64,000 nt of DNA from Chloroflexota bacterium (GTDB lineage Bacteria > Bacillota > Sulfobacillia > JBFLWA01 > JBLNDB01), in the NCBI GenBank assembly GCA_050261235.1, contig JBLNDB010000096.1, positions 2,161 through 66,160 on the forward strand, read 5' to 3'. Every line of letters starts with the position of its first letter. The first letter of the stretch is position 1. This document shows, one piece after another, positions 1-7,647 of the stretch. The position numbers were made by a program, and so were the translations under genes. The notes under the pieces were generated by a model that saw only the letters and a program-made list of their open reading frames with translations, ran no database searches and was not told where the DNA came from.

Positions 1-1
1 C

Positions 2-1354
2 GAGGATGTCTCCGAGCATGACGTGGTCTGCCGCGTCATCGACGGCGGGCCGCTGTCGAACCGCAAGAAGGTCAACCTGCCCGGCGTCAAGGTGCCGCTG
101 CCGGCCGTCGGGCCCGATGACCTGCAGGCGCTCCGGCTGGGCGCCGAGATGCAGGTCGACTTCGTCGCCGCCTCGTTCGTCCGCAGCGCCGCCGACGTGC
201 TGGCGGTCAGGCACGTCATCGAAGAGGCCGGCGGCGACCAGTCGATCATCGCCAAGGTCGAGAACGCCGAGGGCGTCGACAACCTTGACGAGATCCTGCG
301 CGCTGCCGATGGCCTGATGGTCGCCCGCGGCGACCTCGGCGTCGAGATTCCCGCCGAGGAAGTGCCGCTCTACCAGAAGACGATGATCGAGCGCTGCCTG
401 CAGCTTGGCAAGCCCGTCATCACTGCGACGCAGATGCTGGAATCGATGGTCGAACACGCGCGGCCGACCCGCGCCGAGGCCTCCGATGTCGCCAACGCGA
501 TCTTCGACGGCACCGACGCGATCATGCTGTCCGCCGAGACCGCTGCCGGAAAGCACCCACTGGCGGCCGTCGAGACGATGGCCCGCATCGCCGAGCGGAC
601 CGAGCAGGCGCTCGGCCACGACCATTTCCTCGCCCGCCGCGAACAGAACCTCGGCCGCACCGTGACCAATGCCGTCGGCCACGCCACCTGCAGCCTGGCG
701 GCGTCGCTGGGCGCGACGGCGATCATCACGGCCACCGCATCCGGGCATACCGCGCGGCTGATCGCGCGCTACCGCCCGGCCGCCCATATCATCGCGACCG
801 TGACATCCGAGCGCGTCGCGCGCCGGCTGGCCCTGGTCTGGGGCGTGACGCCACTGGTCGTCGCGCCGGAGCAGAACACCGACGCGCTGATCGAGGAGTC
901 GGTCGCTGCCGCGCTCGCCGCCCACATGATCAGTGACGGCGACTTGGTCGTCGTCACGGCCGGCGTGCCGGTGGGCATCCCCGGCACGACCAACCTGATC
1001 AAGGTGCACACGGTCGGCGACGTCCTCGTCCGCGGCACCGGCATCGGCACGCGCTCAATCACCGGGCGCATCGTCGTCTGCCGAACCGGTCGCGAGGCCG
1101 TCCAGCGCCTCGCCCGCGGCGATATTCTCGTCGCGCCGAGCACCGATCTGGACTACGCCGATGTCATCGCCAGCGCCGCCGGCATCATCGCCGAGGAGGG
1201 CGGCCTCGCTTCCCATGCCGCCAAGATCGCGGTCCGCCTCGGCGTCCCCGCTGTCGTCGGCGCCGAGGGCGCCACCGCGCGGCTGCGTGACGGCGACGTG
1301 GTGACCATCGACGCTGCCCGCGGCCTCGTGTATAAGGGGAAGACGCGCGTCTGA
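2..1354 (+). CDS. pyk: Pyruvate kinase, 5'-truncated at the window edge, with a C-terminal PEP-utilising (mobile) domain
   Basis: Translation contains the pyruvate kinase motifs KKVNLPG, MVARGDLGVEIP, TQMLESM and RPTRAE. The C-terminus carries a PEP-utilisers-type segment GGLASHAAKIAVRLGVPAVVGAEGA. The reading frame continues upstream of position 23, so the 5' end lies outside the window. Confidence 0.9.
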   Translation, partial: EDVSEHDVVCRVIDGGPLSNRKKVNLPGVKVPLPAVGPDDLQALRLGAEMQVDFVAASFVRSAADVLAVRHVIEEAGGDQSIIAKVENAEGVDNLDEILRAADGLMVARGDLGVEIPAEEVPLYQKTMIERCLQLGKPVITATQMLESMVEHARPTRAEASDVANAIFDGTDAIMLSAETAAGKHPLAAVETMARIAERTEQALGHDHFLARREQNLGRTVTNAVGHATCSLAASLGATAIITATASGHTARLIARYRPAAHIIATVTSERVARRLALVWGVTPLVVAPEQNTDALIEESVAAALAAHMISDGDLVVVTAGVPVGIPGTTNLIKVHTVGDVLVRGTGIGTRSITGRIVVCRTGREAVQRLARGDILVAPSTDLDYADVIASAAGIIAEEGGLASHAAKIAVRLGVPAVVGAEGATARLRDGDVVTIDAARGLVYKGKTRV

Positions 1355-1391
1355 GGACCGCTTGCCCCTGCCCGAGTCGGATCTGTCGCCG

Positions 1392-1430
1392 CAAGCCCGC
1401 CGTCGGTTGACGGCGGGCTTGCGTTGTCCG
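1392..1430 (+). terminator. Stem-loop after pyk (gcaagcccgccgtcggttgacggcgggcttgc) with a weak T tract
   Basis: A perfect inverted repeat was seen directly in the sequence, followed by gttgtcc. There is no strong U run, so intrinsic termination is uncertain. Confidence 0.4.
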
Positions 1431-1481
1431 GGCATACTAGCTGAGACAGAGAGACAGGCCAGACCGGGAAGGGTGTCCACG

Positions 1482-3215
1482 ATGAAGTTCTTCAGTGGAG
1501 TCAGGTTGCGGCTGCGCGGGCAGCCGACCACTCAGCGCAAGGAAGCTCCGCCGCCGGGCGCCGGGCGACTGACGCCGCGCGCCTGGAAGGTGCGACACGG
1601 GCGGCCGGCGGAGAAGCCCGCACCGGAAGGCCAACCGCTATCGCGGTCGCTCGCCGGCAATGTCGAGCGGTTGAAGGAGATGATGGGCCGCGACAACGCT
1701 GACGTCATCATCCGCAGGTTCATCATCGGCACCAAGCCATCCATCCAGGCAGCGCTGTTCTTCATCGAGGGGCTGGCTGACCGGACCACTCACATAGAAG
1801 GCATTATCAAGCCGCTGATGGTCCAGTCGACGCGCGAGGTCGGCATGGCCGCGCCCGATCCGCGCGAACTGGCCGAGGTCATCCAGTCGCAGTTGATGCC
1901 GACTGCCGAGGCCTTGACCGTGACGACTCTCGAGGAAGTCGTCGACCACGCGATGACAGGCGAGTCGGCGCTGCTCATCGACGGGGCCACCGAGGCCGTC
2001 ATCATCGAGACACGCGGCTGGAAGAGCCGCGGCGTCGAGGCGCCGGAGACGGAGATCTCCATCCGGGGCCCACGCGAGTCCTTCACGGAAGTGTTGCGGT
2101 TCAACACCGCGCTCATCCGCAGGCGCATCCGCGACCCGCGCCTGCGGCTGGACGGGATGAGAGTCGGCCGGATGTCGCGGACAGATGTCGTAGTCGGCTA
2201 CATCCACGGTCTGACCGACCCGGATCTGATCACGACCGTGAAAGAGCGCATCAAGGCGATCGAGACTGACTTCATCCCAGACAGCAGCTACATCGAGCAG
2301 TTCATCGAGGACAGACCATTCTCGCCCTTCCCCCAGGTGCAGTACAGCGAACGGACCGACCGCGCCACTGCGGCGCTGGCTGAAGGTCGCCTGATCATCA
2401 TCGTCGACGGGTCGCCGATGGTGCTGATCATCCCATCGACCTTCACGACTCTCATCCAGGCGCCGGAGGACTATTACGAACGACCGATCCTCGGCACGTT
2501 CTTCCGCATCATCAGAAGCCTGTCCGCGTTCATCTCGCTGACCCTGCCGGCGTTCTACGTCGCCATCACGTCGTTCCACCAGGAGATGCTGCCGACCGAG
2601 TTGATACTGGCGTTCGCCGCGGCCCGCGAGCGCGTGCCGTTCCCGGCCATCGTCGAGCTGCTCGTCATGGAGGTCTCGCTCGAACTGGTCCGCGAGGCCG
2701 GCCTTAGGCTGCCATCGCCGGCCGGGCAGACAGTCGGCATCGTCGGCGCGCTCCTGCTTGGTCAGGCGGCAGTCCAGGCTCAGATCGTCAGCCCGATCAT
2801 CGTCATAGTCGTGGCGCTGACTGCCCTGGCGTCGTTCGCGGTGCCGCACTACTCGACGGGGATCGCCATCCGCGTGCTGCGATTCCTGCTGCTGATCCTC
2901 GGTGCCACGCTCGGGTTGTTCGGCGTTACCGCGGGCATGACCGCGATAACCATTCACATGGCCTCCCTGACATCGCTCGGCACGCCCTATCTGACCCCCC
3001 TGGCGCCACTGCGGCCGCGCTCGGCGCTGCTTGACACGGTTCTCCGCGCGCCCCTCTGGCGGCAGGACCTGCGCCCGGGCTGGCTCCACCCGCGCGACGA
3101 CCGGCGCCAGGCCAGGATCACCAGGCCATGGTCCAGCACCGCTCCTGACGCGGCGGGCGGTGGCGGCAAGACAGGCGGCAGGAAAGGCGGCAAGAAGGAG
3201 AGACGGCGGTCGTGA
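1482..3215 (+). CDS. Spore germination protein, GerA/GerKA family (germinant receptor A subunit)
   Basis: Start ATG at 1482 is preceded by gggaagggtg. The body shows GerA-family architecture with a soluble N-terminal domain and a C-terminal membrane domain. The C-terminal tail is unusually rich in Gly, Lys and Arg. The 3' end overlaps the next gene (GTGA). Confidence 0.85.
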   Translation: MKFFSGVRLRLRGQPTTQRKEAPPPGAGRLTPRAWKVRHGRPAEKPAPEGQPLSRSLAGNVERLKEMMGRDNADVIIRRFIIGTKPSIQAALFFIEGLADRTTHIEGIIKPLMVQSTREVGMAAPDPRELAEVIQSQLMPTAEALTVTTLEEVVDHAMTGESALLIDGATEAVIIETRGWKSRGVEAPETEISIRGPRESFTEVLRFNTALIRRRIRDPRLRLDGMRVGRMSRTDVVVGYIHGLTDPDLITTVKERIKAIETDFIPDSSYIEQFIEDRPFSPFPQVQYSERTDRATAALAEGRLIIIVDGSPMVLIIPSTFTTLIQAPEDYYERPILGTFFRIIRSLSAFISLTLPAFYVAITSFHQEMLPTELILAFAAARERVPFPAIVELLVMEVSLELVREAGLRLPSPAGQTVGIVGALLLGQAAVQAQIVSPIIVIVVALTALASFAVPHYSTGIAIRVLRFLLLILGATLGLFGVTAGMTAITIHMASLTSLGTPYLTPLAPLRPRSALLDTVLRAPLWRQDLRPGWLHPRDDRRQARITRPWSSTAPDAAGGGGKTGGRKGGKKERRRS

Positions 3216-4309
3216 AGGGCAAAATCAGCCTCATCGAGTTGACCATCATCTCGACCATCCTCATCGTCGGCACAGTGTTCATCCAACTGCCGGCGCGCCT
3301 GGCCCTGCTGGCCGAGCAGAGCGGCTGGCTCGGCATCCCGCTGGCCATGATTCCCGGCATTCTGCTGGCCCTGGCCATCGCCTGGCTCCATCGCCGGTTT
3401 CCTGACCAGTCTCCCGTCCGGTACATGCGCGAGATACTGGGTGAGCCCCTCGGATCGCTGTTCGCCATCTACATCACCGCTCTGCTCCTGGCCGCAGCCG
3501 CGTTCCTGGTGCGGGATTTCTCCGTGGCCATCATCATCGGCGCTCAGCCGCTGATGCCGCTGTCACTGGTGGTTGTCATCTTCCTGCTGTTGCTTCTGTT
3601 CATGACCTTCTGGGGGCTCGAGGTGATCGCCCGCACCGCGGTTGCGTTCCTGCCCTACATCGTCATCTCGCCGATCCTGGTGACCATCGGCAATCTGCGC
3701 TTCTCGCAGCCGGGAAGGCTCTTGCCCTTGCTCGGCGCGGGCCTGAAGCCGATTGCCGCCGCGACGTTCACCTCATCGGTCTACTTCAGCGAGCTGTTGA
3801 TCATGTCGGCCGTGCTGCCCAGAGTCCGTGACGCCCGTCGGGCGTCACTGGCGCTGTCGGCGGCCGTCCTGCTGGCCGTGCCGCCACTGGCGACGGTGGC
3901 GGCTTCGGCCGTCGCCGTCTTCGGCCCGACCGGGACGGCGCGGGCAGTCGTGCCTGGGCTCGAGCTGGCGCGCATGATCAGTTTTGGCGAGTCCCTGCAG
4001 CGCGTCGAGGCGGTGTTCGTCGTCTTCTGGATGATGGCGGCCATGATCAAGGTGGGCGTTTTCGTCTGGGTCGCCAGCGAGATGCTGGCCGAGACCATCC
4101 GCATCGAGAACTACCGGCTGTTGCTGCCGTCCATCGGCGCGCTGGTGTTCGTCCTCGCCATGCTGCCCCAGCACTTCTGGGATCAGACGCTCGCCTTCGA
4201 GGTGCTGGCTCGACTGATCGCGATATCGTTCTACACGACCCCGGCCGTGCTCATCGCGGTGGCTCTGATCAGACGAAAGGGTGGTCGGGCGAGCAATGGA
4301 CAACAATAA
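3212..4309 (+). CDS. Spore germination protein, GerAB/GerKB family (amino acid permease-like B subunit)
   Basis: Polytopic membrane protein of about 365 aa. Its GTG start overlaps the stop of the A subunit. This is the classic B-subunit position in a gerA-type tricistronic operon. Confidence 0.85.
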   Translation: MKGKISLIELTIISTILIVGTVFIQLPARLALLAEQSGWLGIPLAMIPGILLALAIAWLHRRFPDQSPVRYMREILGEPLGSLFAIYITALLLAAAAFLVRDFSVAIIIGAQPLMPLSLVVVIFLLLLLFMTFWGLEVIARTAVAFLPYIVISPILVTIGNLRFSQPGRLLPLLGAGLKPIAAATFTSSVYFSELLIMSAVLPRVRDARRASLALSAAVLLAVPPLATVAASAVAVFGPTGTARAVVPGLELARMISFGESLQRVEAVFVVFWMMAAMIKVGVFVWVASEMLAETIRIENYRLLLPSIGALVFVLAMLPQHFWDQTLAFEVLARLIAISFYTTPAVLIAVALIRRKGGRASNGQQ

Positions 4310-5564
4310 GGCCTGGCGGATCATGCAGGCAGTGCTGCTGGTCCTTGCCATCGCCGCCGTGCCGGTCCTGAGCGGCGGCTATGGCCGCCGTGAGGTCGAA
4401 GACACGGCGTTCGTCCTCGCGCTCGGGTTCGACCGGGCGCCCGACGGACAGGTCGCTGTCACCAGCCAGGTCGCCATCCCGGCCAAGGCCAAGGAGGGCG
4501 GCGGTGGCGGTGGCGATCTCCCGGTGATGGTCGTGACCAACACCGGTCGCACCGTCGCTGAGGCATTGCAGCAATTCGCCCTGTCGTCCAACAAGGAACC
4601 GTTCTGGGGCCACGTACGGGTGGCGGTGTTCGGCGAGGAGATCGCCCGTGAAGGCATTGCTCCGGTACTCGACTTCCTTGCCCGCAACCACGAATCGCGC
4701 GTGCTGATGTGGACAGCTGTGACGACCGGGCGGGCGAGCGACATTCTCGCCGCCAAAGCGCAGACCGAGAACCTGCCGGCGATGTTCCTGTCCGGCCTGA
4801 TAAGCCAGTCGCGCATACACTCGCTGGCGCCCATGACGACGCTATTCGACACCCTGCGGGAGATCGACGTGCGCACTGGCGATCCAGTGCTTCCGCTCAT
4901 CGATCTCGTCCAGCCCGGCACTCAGATCAAGCCAGGCGAGTCCGGTGGCGGTGGGCAGTCGAGCGGCGGCAGCGGCGAGCAGCAAGCTGCCGGAGAAGAT
5001 GCGAATCCGGTGCGCCTTGAGGGTGCCGGAGTGTTCCGTGACGACAAGCTGGTGGGCTTTCTCGACACCGAGCAGTCGCGGGGTCTTCAGTGGTTGCGGG
5101 GTGGCGTAAGGAACACGATCGTGACTTTCGCCGACCCGACGACCGGCGCGAGCGGGGCTTTGCGCGTGTTCGCCTCACGGCGTTCCGTCGTCAGCAGCAT
5201 CGATTTCGCCGACATCTCCCGCAGCCGCTTCAGGGTCAGAATCGAGGCCGACGCTTACTTCATCGAAAACACCGGCGGACCAGACGTGTTGAGCGCCGAG
5301 GGGCGGACCGCAGTCGAGAACGCAGCGGCCGCTGTCATCAGGAACGAGGCCATGGCTTCTCTCGACATTGTCCAACACCAGTATCGAGCAGACGTTCTTG
5401 AACTCGGCGAGCAGGTTCGCCGGCGGATGAGCAACGCTGCTTGGGAGCAGGTGCGCAGCACGTGGTTCGATGCCTTGTCGGACGTCCAGGTCGAGGTCAC
5501 TGTCGATCTCAAGCTGCGGCGGCCGGGACTGCTGACCGGCAGAGTCGGTCTCGGACGTCGCTAG
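4296..5564 (+). CDS. Spore germination lipoprotein, GerAC/GerKC family (C subunit)
   Basis: N-terminal signal-like segment MDNNKAWRIMQAVLLVLAIAAVPVLSGG followed by a Ger(x)C-like domain. It is the third gene of the operon. The start at 4296 was chosen over 4281 for better RBS spacing (gggtgg, 11 nt). Confidence 0.8.
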   Translation: MDNNKAWRIMQAVLLVLAIAAVPVLSGGYGRREVEDTAFVLALGFDRAPDGQVAVTSQVAIPAKAKEGGGGGGDLPVMVVTNTGRTVAEALQQFALSSNKEPFWGHVRVAVFGEEIAREGIAPVLDFLARNHESRVLMWTAVTTGRASDILAAKAQTENLPAMFLSGLISQSRIHSLAPMTTLFDTLREIDVRTGDPVLPLIDLVQPGTQIKPGESGGGGQSSGGSGEQQAAGEDANPVRLEGAGVFRDDKLVGFLDTEQSRGLQWLRGGVRNTIVTFADPTTGASGALRVFASRRSVVSSIDFADISRSRFRVRIEADAYFIENTGGPDVLSAEGRTAVENAAAAVIRNEAMASLDIVQHQYRADVLELGEQVRRRMSNAAWEQVRSTWFDALSDVQVEVTVDLKLRRPGLLTGRVGLGRR

Positions 5565-5610
5565 ACGCGCAGACGAATCCGGCCGGGCGCTCGCCCGGCC
5601 GGATTCGCCG

Positions 5611-5772
5611 TTACCACATGAAGGCTTCCCACAGTCCGAGGCCCAAGATCAGCACTCCCATGACCGACAGGCAGAAACCGCCGAGGTAGTTGCGCCGGCG
5701 CAATTGCCCATAGGCGATGGCCCACGTATAAGTGGAGAAGAGTGCGGCTGCGAATATCGCTATGTAGAGCAC
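5611..5772 (-). CDS. Small hypothetical membrane peptide (about 53 aa) convergent with gerAC
   Basis: The C-terminal 53 residues of minus-strand ORF 5611..5931 (VLYIAIFAAALFSTYTWAIAYGQLRRRNYLGGFCLSVMGVLILGLGLWEAFMW) form two clean TM helices. The GTG start is preceded by tggggtga. Support is weak. Confidence 0.25.
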   Translation of the reverse strand: MLYIAIFAAALFSTYTWAIAYGQLRRRNYLGGFCLSVMGVLILGLGLWEAFMW

Positions 5773-5897
5773 CGAATCACCCCAAGGAAATGTTGTGCCC
5801 CGCCGGGGCCCGCTATTCAGCAGGAATTGCGGTCCAGCCACCGAAAAGCAGTTATTGCCTGCCAACCGACACCAGCGACCGAAAGGAGCACGCATCG

Positions 5898-7280
5898 ATG
5901 GACTTTGACCGCGAGCTGGTAGCTGAGCCATTCCGCATCAAGATGATCGAAAAGGTCAAGCTGACGACCCGCGAGCAGCGCGAGAAGCTGATTGCCGACG
6001 CCGGCTACAACGGCTTCCTCCTCCGCTCTGAGGACGTCTACATCGACCTGCTCACCGACAGCGGCACCGGCGCTATGAGCGATTACCAGTGGGGCGGCCT
6101 GATGCAGGGCGACGAGGCCTATGCCGGCAGCCGCAACTTCTGGCATCTCAAGGATGTCATCAAGGACCTGATGGGATTCGATTACGTGATCCCGACCCAT
6201 CAGGGACGCGCAGCGGAGAACGTCCTGTTCACCACGCTCCTCAAGCCCGGCCAGTCGATTCCGAACAACATGCACTTCGACACGACCAAGGCGCATGTCG
6301 AACACAAGCGCGGCCGCGCCGTCGACCTCGTCTGCCCGGAAGGCCTCGAGGCCCAGTCCGACTACCCGTTCAAGGGCAACATGGATGTCGACCGCCTCGA
6401 CGCGTTCATGAAGGAACACGGCAGCGACAAGGCGCCGTTCATCATGATGACGGTGACCTGCAACAGCAACGGCGGTCAGCCGGTGTCGATGGCCAACATC
6501 GGGGCCGTCCGCCGCATCGCCGACAAGTACGGTGTGCCGCTGTTCTTCGACGTCGCCCGCTTCGCCGAGAATGCTTACTTCATCAAGCAGCGCGAGACTG
6601 GCTATGCGACCAAGAGCATCAAGGAGATCGTTCGTGAGATGTTCTCCTATGCCGACGGCTGCACGATGAGCGCCAAGAAGGACGCCATCGTCAACATCGG
6701 CGGCTTCATCGCGCTGAGGAGCGAGAAGCTGTACCGCGAATGCATGGTCTGGGCCGTCCTGTTCGAGGGCTTCATCACCTACGGCGGCCTCGCCGGCCGC
6801 GACCTCGAGGCGATCGCCCGCGGCCTCGAGGAGGTCGTCGACGATCAGTATCTGGCGCAGCGCATCGGCCAGGTCAAGTATCTCGGCGATGAGCTGATCC
6901 GCGCTGGCGTGCCGATCGTCACTCCCACCGGCGGCCACGCGATCTACCTTGACGTCCGCAAGATCCTGCCGGACATGCCGTCTGACCAGTTCCCCGGGCA
7001 GGCCCTCTGCGCCGAGCTCTACGTCGAGGGCGGCGTCCGCGGCGTCGAGATCGGCTCCGTCATGGCCGGTCGCGATCCCGAGACCGGCGCCAATCTGACG
7101 CCGGAGCTCGAGCTGGTACGCCTGGCGATCCCGCGTCGTGTCTACACTGATCGCCACATGGACGTCGTCGCCAGGACCTGCGCGCGCGTCATGGCGCGAC
7201 GGGACAGCATCCGCGGGCTCAGGTTCGCGTACGAGGCCCCGGTGTTGAGGCATTTTACGAGCCGATTCGAGCAGGTGTAG
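5898..7280 (+). CDS. tnaA: Tryptophanase (tryptophan indole-lyase), a PLP-dependent beta-eliminating lyase
   Basis: ATG at 5898 is preceded by gaaaggagcacgc. Tryptophanase signatures include EPFRIKMIEKVKLTTREQRE, FARFAENAYFIKQRE, SAKKDAIVNIGG, ALCAELYVEGGVRGVEIGS and a C-terminal VLRHFTSRFEQV. The match is closer to TnaA than to tyrosine phenol-lyase. Confidence 0.9.
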   Translation: MDFDRELVAEPFRIKMIEKVKLTTREQREKLIADAGYNGFLLRSEDVYIDLLTDSGTGAMSDYQWGGLMQGDEAYAGSRNFWHLKDVIKDLMGFDYVIPTHQGRAAENVLFTTLLKPGQSIPNNMHFDTTKAHVEHKRGRAVDLVCPEGLEAQSDYPFKGNMDVDRLDAFMKEHGSDKAPFIMMTVTCNSNGGQPVSMANIGAVRRIADKYGVPLFFDVARFAENAYFIKQRETGYATKSIKEIVREMFSYADGCTMSAKKDAIVNIGGFIALRSEKLYRECMVWAVLFEGFITYGGLAGRDLEAIARGLEEVVDDQYLAQRIGQVKYLGDELIRAGVPIVTPTGGHAIYLDVRKILPDMPSDQFPGQALCAELYVEGGVRGVEIGSVMAGRDPETGANLTPELELVRLAIPRRVYTDRHMDVVARTCARVMARRDSIRGLRFAYEAPVLRHFTSRFEQV

Positions 7281-7307
7281 ACACGCGAACTATGGCAGAC
7301 CCCCCAA

Positions 7308-7414
7308 GGGTAGGCCGTTCTCCATGGGATCAGCGGCCCGGCTTCATTCATCGCGCTGTCTGTTGCGCGGTGTCAAGGAGGCCGGGCCGCGATCCAATTC
7401 CGAACGGCCTACCC
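7308..7414 (+). repeat. Structured intergenic element, copy A (candidate cis-regulatory or structured RNA)
   Basis: Outer inverted repeat GGGTAGGCCGTTC...GAACGGCCTACCC encloses TCCATGGGAT, CGGCCCGGC, a TCGCGC/GCGCG hairpin, CAAGGAGGCCGGGCCG and ATCCAATTCCG. It shares core motifs with the copy at 37665-37796. It starts 28 nt after the tnaA stop. Confidence 0.45.
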
Positions 7415-7475
7415 ATTGGTGGGTCTCCCATAGTGCGCCCGCCACACCTTCTGGCGTCGGCTTCAGCAGCGCGTC

Positions 7476-7509
7476 TGTCAAGGAAGCCGGACCGTCGTTC
7501 CAATTCCGG
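7476..7509 (+). repeat. Partial third copy of the same element core (TGTCAAGGAAGCCGGACCG...TCCAATTCCGG)
   Basis: It shares AAGGAAGCCGGACCG and TCCAATTCCG with copies A and C. It lacks the outer stem and the TCCATGGGA segment. Confidence 0.35.
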
Positions 7510-7647
7510 CCCGCCCACCACTCGGGGGCACGGCCGCACAATCACCGGCAGGCCCGTAACGGCGCGTTACGGGCCTGTTCTCTCGGCTGCGCCGGCGTGT
7601 CGATCTGTGCTAGAATGGATGTACGTTGGCGGAGAGGGGGAGAGGGC

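Noticed and set aside
5565-5897. Search for a TnaC-like Trp-containing leader peptide, or a Rho-dependent attenuator, upstream of tnaA
   Set aside because: No short ORF with an RBS and a Trp codon followed by a stop was found in the plus-strand upstream region. The only in-frame upstream ATG (5742) just extends TnaA with a non-conserved sequence.
5817-7253. A 478-aa minus-strand ORF lying entirely antisense to tnaA. Similar long antisense ORFs occur at 1638-3089 (-), 7807-10197 (-), 8937-10421 (+), 22279-24354 (-), 25390-27231 (-), 35253-36356 (-), 36500-37783 (-), 37955-38911 (-), 39074-40441 (-) and 44007-45293 (-).
   Set aside because: High GC removes stop codons on the antisense strand. 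These translations are low-complexity and rich in Arg, Ala, Asp, Gly and Pro. Each lies opposite a gene with unmistakable family signatures. Both cannot be real, and the sense-strand genes win.
7395-7403. The motif CCAATTCCG inside the structured elements is the reverse complement of the tRNA-Leu D-arm segment CGGAATTGG, which suggested a tRNA-derived or tRNA-mimicking element
   Set aside because: The complementarity is only 9 nt and does not extend into the flanking tRNA sequence. None of the other blocks of the element resembles a tRNA part. It is most likely coincidence.
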